A stretch of DNA of 62,434 bases, the filler included, from an uncultured bacterium (GTDB lineage: Bacteria > DAOPZR01): assembly GCA_964637655.1 (NCBI GenBank). It is 11 parts of 11 records of this genome, joined end to end, with 100 filler letters (N's around TTAATTAATTAA, not from the genome) between each part and the next. Parts side by side here need not be neighbours in the genome. Positions count along the whole stretch, not along the records: positions 56,964 to 62,434 come from CAZWUZ010000257.1; 10 more parts are not named here. One strand, given 5' to 3'. The notes beneath the pieces are model-generated. The model ran no database searches. It was not told the origin of the DNA and saw only the letters and a list, made by a program, of their open reading frames with translations. The translations under genes and the position numbers were made by a program. Of the stretch, positions 57,485 to 62,434 are shown piece after piece (the stretch's first letter is position 1; the number at the start of each line of letters is the position of its first letter).

Positions 57485-60400
57485 ATGAAAGCATGGCTGG
57501 GTAACACCAACGGATTCTTCGCGCTGGCGCTGCTGCTGGCGCTGCTCACGGCGGTTGTCGCGCCCGGGTGGAGCGAGAGCGACGCTGATCGCCTCTTCCA
57601 CGAGGGGGTGGGCTGCTACCTGCGTGGCGACCTGCCGGCCGCCCGGGCCGTGCTTGAACGCGCGCTGGCGCAGACACCCCGCCACGACAATGCCCGCCGC
57701 CTGCTTGGTGAAGTCAACGCCGAACTGCAGCGGACCGCTCCCGCTGCCGGCATGCCCGTTGCCGTTGCCGGCGCACCCGTCGCGGCGATGCCGCTGGCCG
57801 CTCGTGTCGCGGTCGGTGAAGGCCTGGTCACGCTCGGTCCGCTCCCCGCGTCCGCGCCGACCGCCGTCGCCGTGCCGCCGCAACTGCTTGCCCCGATGCT
57901 CACCGAGCGTCTCGTCCTGCGCGCCGAGCAGGTGCCGGCGGGGGTCAAGGCGCTGACCGCCATCGAGGCCTACAGCGAGCAGGGCGCGCTCAAGGTGCGC
58001 CTCAGCACGACGGGCGCCGTCGACCTCATGGACAACAAAACGTATCAGCCGGCGACGGTCGTCGTCGACCTGCTCGGCTGCCGCAATGCCCTGCCGGCTC
58101 GCTCGCTCGCCGTGGATGCCGGCGCGCTGGTGCGCATCCGCCATCTGCGGCAGCGCACGGAGCCGCTGGAGACGACCCGGGTGGTGCTCGACCTGACCAA
58201 ACCCGTACCGTACACTGTCGAACGCGTGCCCGGCGGTGTGGTGATCACCTTCCCGAATGCCGGGGCCGGTCCGGCCATGCCGCTGGCGCTCGGCGAGCCG
58301 CCGGCACTGCGCCCGGCGGTCTCCCACCTGCGTCCGCTGACCGCCTACCGCGTGCAGTCGCACTGGCTGCGCCTGATTGCCGGGGAAAAGCAGCACGGGC
58401 CCGCGGGCAGCGCGCTGCCGCGCCCGAGGGTGGTGCAGGTAACCGATGCGGCCGGAATACCGCAGGCGAATGTCCCGGTCTGGTTTTCGGTTACGGAGAA
58501 TAACGGCTGCTTCGTCCGCGCCGGCGGTGAAACCGCCGGCAGCCTGCGCGTCGTCACCGACGCGCAGGGGCAGGCGCTGGCCGAGGGGTACCGCTTCGCC
58601 ACGCGCGCCGGCGACAATGTCGTTACTGCGGCCCTCGCCGACGGGGCGGCCGGGGTGGTGTTCCTGCAGACCTCGCAGCCGGCCGAAGCGGCGGATATCG
58701 TCAAGGTGCACGGCGACGATCAGGAGGGCGTGGTCGGGACGGAACTCGACCAGCCGCTGGTGGTCGAGGTGCGCGACCGCTTTGCCAACCCGATGGCCGG
58801 GCAGCGGGTGGTCTTCACCGTGCTCTACAACGACGGGGTGGCGGATGCCAATCCCGACCGCTACGGCACCCAGTCGGTGGTGGTGACGGACGAGCACGGC
58901 CGGGCGCGGCTGGACAAGTTCAAACTCGGCACCCGCGTCGGGCGCAACCAGGTGCGCGCCAGCATCGTCGTCAATGGCGGCCGCGCCGCCCGCGGTGGCC
59001 TGCTGATCAGCGCCCAGCGCCGCGACGGTGAAATGCTCGAACGCAACGGCGAAATTGTCCGCCCGCAGGCGGTGCAGGAACATGTGCCGGTCTTCGTCAG
59101 CGAGATGCTGCGCGACCTGCCCGGCTCGCTTGATGTCGACGCCGTCGAACTGCTCTACCTCGACAATGTCACCACGCACGCACTCAAGCACGAACTGGCA
59201 CAGCTGGCGGCCGGCGACGATGACCTGAGGTTCTACGATGACGGCAATGCCGTCTATTTGAGCCCGACGGCGCCCGGTGACCGCGCGCAACTCGACGCGA
59301 AACTGCAGACGCTCAACGGCCACCGGCTGCTGCGCAAGACCGTGCGCAGCGTGGTCTTCACCGAGTCGGGGCGGCCGCAGCTGATATCGGTCGACTTCCG
59401 CGACGCGGCGGTGGTCGATGTCGTGCGCACCCTGGCGGAAATCGCCGGCTGGAACATCGTCTTCCCGCCGCAGGGCGACCCGCTCTACGGTCAGCAGGTC
59501 ACCATCCACCTCGTCGAGGTGGGCGCCAAGGACGTGCTCGACAACATCCTCGCGCAGGCGGGCTATGGCCGCGTCGAGAACGCCGGCATCATCCGCATCG
59601 TCAAGCGCAGTGATATGCCGGCCGATGTCACGCGCATCGGCCAGGGGATCGACCTCGACCGCTACGAGGGCGAGGAGAACGAGGTCGTCACCTACTTCAT
59701 CCCCGTCAAAAACCGCAAGCCGAGCAACCTGCTGACCGTGCTCAAGTCGCTGGCCGGGGCCGATGCCAACATGCAGGCGGATGACCCTTCCGGGTACATC
59801 GTCCTCACCGACCGGGTGGCCAATATCCGCCGGGTCAACGCCATGGCCCGCCTGCTCGATGCCAGCAACCTGGAACTGTCGGAAGACATCTTTATCCGGC
59901 TGATTACCCTGCAGCGGGCCAGTGCCACCGAGGTGGCCCGTCAACTGACGGCACTCTACCCGCTGATCGCCCGCGGCAGTGTGGACGCGGCGGCGTCATT
60001 CCTCGCGCAAGTGCATTCCGAGGAGCGCGGCACCTTCCTGCTCGTCTGCCCGAAATCGGTCTCTCCCCAGCTGCTTGACCTCATCGAGCAGTTTGATTCC
60101 GGGCGCTCCTACGAGGTCATCACCGTCGCCCAGGTGCTGCCGTCGAAACTCAAGATCCTGCTCGACGCCTACTTCGGGGCGAACGCGACGCAGGCGTTTG
60201 ACGATGCCAGCCGGCTGATCATCTCGGGCACCCCGGAGACGATCGCCCGCATCCGCGAGATGGTGTCGCGGCTCGATGTCGCCGGCGGCGTGACGCGTGA
60301 GCTGGTGGTGGTGGCGCTCAACCGCATCACCCCGACCGACATGACGGGCATTCTCACCAAACTCTACCCGGGGCTGGCCAATTACGTGGCGGCACCGGCG

Positions 60401-62434
60401 GCAAGCAACACCATTGTGGTGCTCGTGCCGCAGGAACAGGCGGCGGAGATTCGCGCGGTGATCGAGAAGCTCGACCACAATCTGTCCGCGCTCAACGAGA
60501 GCAGTTTGCAGCGCGAGGTCATCCGCCTGCAGCGCCTCGACCCGGAACTGGCGGTCACCAACCTGCAGCAACTCTACCCGAACGCCAAGTTCTTCGCGCT
60601 CGGGCAGTGGAAGACGCGCGAGGAACTGGTGCGCGTCGAGGGGAGCACCTCGCTGCGCGAACTCAACGTCGATTACTACGAGGGACTGTTCGGCATCCTC
60701 GCGCTGGCCAACAGCGAGGACATGCCCAACATCCGCAAGGTGGTCGCGGCGATGGACCTGACCCCCTTCCCCGCCGACTTCACCATGAAGGTCTACAGCC
60801 CGCGCTACCAGACCACCTCGCAACTCAAGGAGTGGGCGGACCAGATCATCGGGACGACGGGGCAGGGCAAAATCATCATCGACGGGTTCGGCAACCGCCT
60901 GCTGGTCTTCGACACGCAGGAGAATGTCAGTCGCATGCTCGAATTCTTCGCCCAGATGGACGTGTCACCGACCGAGGGGCTGATGACGCGCTCGGTGACG
61001 CTCGGCAACATCTCGGCGGCGGAGATGGCGTCGGTGCTCAACCTCATCTACCGCGGCTCGTTCATCGCCTCGACGACGACGGGCAAGAACATGCTCTTCG
61101 TGCAGGTGCCGCGCGAGGTCATGCCGCAGGTCATGCAGACCATCGGCGAACTCGACCAGCTGACCGTGGGCGAGACCATCACCGTGGTGCCGGTGACCGC
61201 TGACCTGCAGGTGTCCGAGGTGCAGAGCAAACTCAAGGAACTCTTCCCCAACCTCAACATCAACTACAGCGAGTGGCCCAATCCGTCAATCATCTTCGCC
61301 GGCGACGCCGCGCTGGTGGCCAAGGCGCGCGAGGTGCTGCGCGAACTCGACCAGCCGCTGGTCACGCGCACGTTCCGCCTCACCTATGGCGAAGCCGACA
61401 ACGTCAAGACGATGCTCACGGACTTCCTCTCGACGCAGGGCAAGTCGCAGGCGGACGGGCGCACCAACTCGCTGATCATCACCGATGTCACGTCCAACAT
61501 GCCGCGTCTCGAGCGCATCATCCGCGATCTCGACCGCAACCTGACGGGCGAAGGGGGCGAGGGGAGCGGCACCCGCGTCTTCTTCCTCAAGAACGCGCAG
61601 GCCGGGGAACTGGTCACCGTGCTCGGGCAGGTGGTGCAGGCGACGCGCGGGGACAACGACCTCAACGTGCTGCTCGGCACGCTGTCGTCCGACCAGCGCA
61701 CCAATTCGATCCTCGTCAACAGCACGCCGGCCAACCTGCCGCTGATTGCCGCGCTCATCGAGCAGCTCGACCGGCGCACGCCGCAGGTGCTTATCCGCAC
61801 GACCATTCTCGAGTATACGCTCAACGAAGACGAGAACATGGGTTTTGTCTGGAACTTCACCGACCGCTTCGGCGGCTACAACTGGACGAGTGTTTTCGGC
61901 GGCGCTGTTGCCGGGCCCTTCTCGCTTACCCTGACCAAGGGGCAGTTGTCGGTGGTCATGGACGCGCTGAGCAGTTCGCAGCGCTCGAATGTTCTCTCGG
62001 CGCCGAGTGTGATGACGCTCAATAACCAGGCGGCCAATATCACGGTTGGGGCTTCGCGCATGCTGCAGGAATCGCGCATCGACCCGAACACCGGTGCGGT
62101 TACCACCGGCATGGTGTCCTACAATGCCGACCTGATTGTCGATGTCACGCCGCAGATCGGGTCCGACCGCAGCGTCAAACTTGATTTCGGGCTCGACCTG
62201 ACCCAGTTCACGCCGACCAGCGACCCGGCAAGTCTGCCGACCACCACCCGCAAGCTGACCAACTCGGTTATTGTGGCGGACGGGCAGACCCTGGTGATTG
62301 GCGGGATCATCCGCGACCAGGAGGACCTGTCGCGCAGTGGCGTACCGGGGATCAAGGATATCCCGGTCCTCGGCCACCTGTTCAGCAGCAACCGCAACAG
62401 CAAGCAGAAGGTCGAACTGATGATCTTCCTGACG
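57485..62434 (+). CDS. Giant secretin (GspD/PilQ family), more than 1650 aa, 3' truncated
   Basis: The frame is open from ATG 57485 to the window end. Signal peptide, TPR, AMIN, two Big_1-like Ig domains, N0, about 10 N repeats and the secretin core (PQVLI, VLSAPSV.TLNNQ.A.I.VG, DGQTLVIGG, GVPGIKDIPVLGHLF, ELMIFLT). Confidence 0.9.
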   Translation, partial: MKAWLGNTNGFFALALLLALLTAVVAPGWSESDADRLFHEGVGCYLRGDLPAARAVLERALAQTPRHDNARRLLGEVNAELQRTAPAAGMPVAVAGAPVAAMPLAARVAVGEGLVTLGPLPASAPTAVAVPPQLLAPMLTERLVLRAEQVPAGVKALTAIEAYSEQGALKVRLSTTGAVDLMDNKTYQPATVVVDLLGCRNALPARSLAVDAGALVRIRHLRQRTEPLETTRVVLDLTKPVPYTVERVPGGVVITFPNAGAGPAMPLALGEPPALRPAVSHLRPLTAYRVQSHWLRLIAGEKQHGPAGSALPRPRVVQVTDAAGIPQANVPVWFSVTENNGCFVRAGGETAGSLRVVTDAQGQALAEGYRFATRAGDNVVTAALADGAAGVVFLQTSQPAEAADIVKVHGDDQEGVVGTELDQPLVVEVRDRFANPMAGQRVVFTVLYNDGVADANPDRYGTQSVVVTDEHGRARLDKFKLGTRVGRNQVRASIVVNGGRAARGGLLISAQRRDGEMLERNGEIVRPQAVQEHVPVFVSEMLRDLPGSLDVDAVELLYLDNVTTHALKHELAQLAAGDDDLRFYDDGNAVYLSPTAPGDRAQLDAKLQTLNGHRLLRKTVRSVVFTESGRPQLISVDFRDAAVVDVVRTLAEIAGWNIVFPPQGDPLYGQQVTIHLVEVGAKDVLDNILAQAGYGRVENAGIIRIVKRSDMPADVTRIGQGIDLDRYEGEENEVVTYFIPVKNRKPSNLLTVLKSLAGADANMQADDPSGYIVLTDRVANIRRVNAMARLLDASNLELSEDIFIRLITLQRASATEVARQLTALYPLIARGSVDAAASFLAQVHSEERGTFLLVCPKSVSPQLLDLIEQFDSGRSYEVITVAQVLPSKLKILLDAYFGANATQAFDDASRLIISGTPETIARIREMVSRLDVAGGVTRELVVVALNRITPTDMTGILTKLYPGLANYVAAPAASNTIVVLVPQEQAAEIRAVIEKLDHNLSALNESSLQREVIRLQRLDPELAVTNLQQLYPNAKFFALGQWKTREELVRVEGSTSLRELNVDYYEGLFGILALANSEDMPNIRKVVAAMDLTPFPADFTMKVYSPRYQTTSQLKEWADQIIGTTGQGKIIIDGFGNRLLVFDTQENVSRMLEFFAQMDVSPTEGLMTRSVTLGNISAAEMASVLNLIYRGSFIASTTTGKNMLFVQVPREVMPQVMQTIGELDQLTVGETITVVPVTADLQVSEVQSKLKELFPNLNINYSEWPNPSIIFAGDAALVAKAREVLRELDQPLVTRTFRLTYGEADNVKTMLTDFLSTQGKSQADGRTNSLIITDVTSNMPRLERIIRDLDRNLTGEGGEGSGTRVFFLKNAQAGELVTVLGQVVQATRGDNDLNVLLGTLSSDQRTNSILVNSTPANLPLIAALIEQLDRRTPQVLIRTTILEYTLNEDENMGFVWNFTDRFGGYNWTSVFGGAVAGPFSLTLTKGQLSVVMDALSSSQRSNVLSAPSVMTLNNQAANITVGASRMLQESRIDPNTGAVTTGMVSYNADLIVDVTPQIGSDRSVKLDFGLDLTQFTPTSDPASLPTTTRKLTNSVIVADGQTLVIGGIIRDQEDLSRSGVPGIKDIPVLGHLFSSNRNSKQKVELMIFLT

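Noticed and set aside
57464-59944. 826-aa minus-strand ORF and other long antisense ORFs (e.g. 28934-31072, 32154-34403, 3167-5191)
   Set aside because: These are shadow ORFs of GC-rich genes with clear motifs on the opposite strand or in another frame.

Overview
The window is not contiguous. It joins 11 short contigs (about 5.5-5.75 kb, ordered by decreasing length) with 100-nt N/TTAATTAATTAA spacers, so gene context holds only within a contig. The sequence looks like a GC-rich, probably diderm and flagellated bacterium, most likely a metagenome bin. Contig contents: (1) RpoD-like sigma factor, apt, two cNMP-binding proteins and a CHASE2 sensor, plus a divergent B12 radical SAM gene. (2) YwlE-type phosphatase, GcvH-like protein, unknown protein, TPR-peptidase and lipoate-ligase-like protein, plus cspA, pcnB and a GT4. 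(3) ModE-like/yqeB/yqeC/cysteine desulfurase/selD selenium-cofactor operon, a REP pair and a GYF2-PilZ gene. (4) Flagellin, GGDEF protein, DedA, FlgM, flippase-like protein and Maf. (5) hoxFUYHW hydrogenase followed by a nest of small repeats including a MITE. (6) Part of a soluble FtsH-like AAA+/M41 'ternary' system. (7) B12 radical SAM, RHH protein and pstSCAB. (8) GT-C proteins, rsmI, tsaC, a HEAT-L,D-transpeptidase fusion and fba. (9) ABC module and a GQ-repeat protein. (10) Three radical SAM genes between GT-C-like genes. (11) A giant secretin of more than 1650 aa (TPR-AMIN-2xBig1-N0-about 10 N repeats-secretin) that the ORF track missed. The best candidates for new biology are the Arg-substituted GcvH-like/arginine-phosphatase/ligase operon, the giant secretin and the FtsH-like system. 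All calls come from motif reading by eye; no searches were run.
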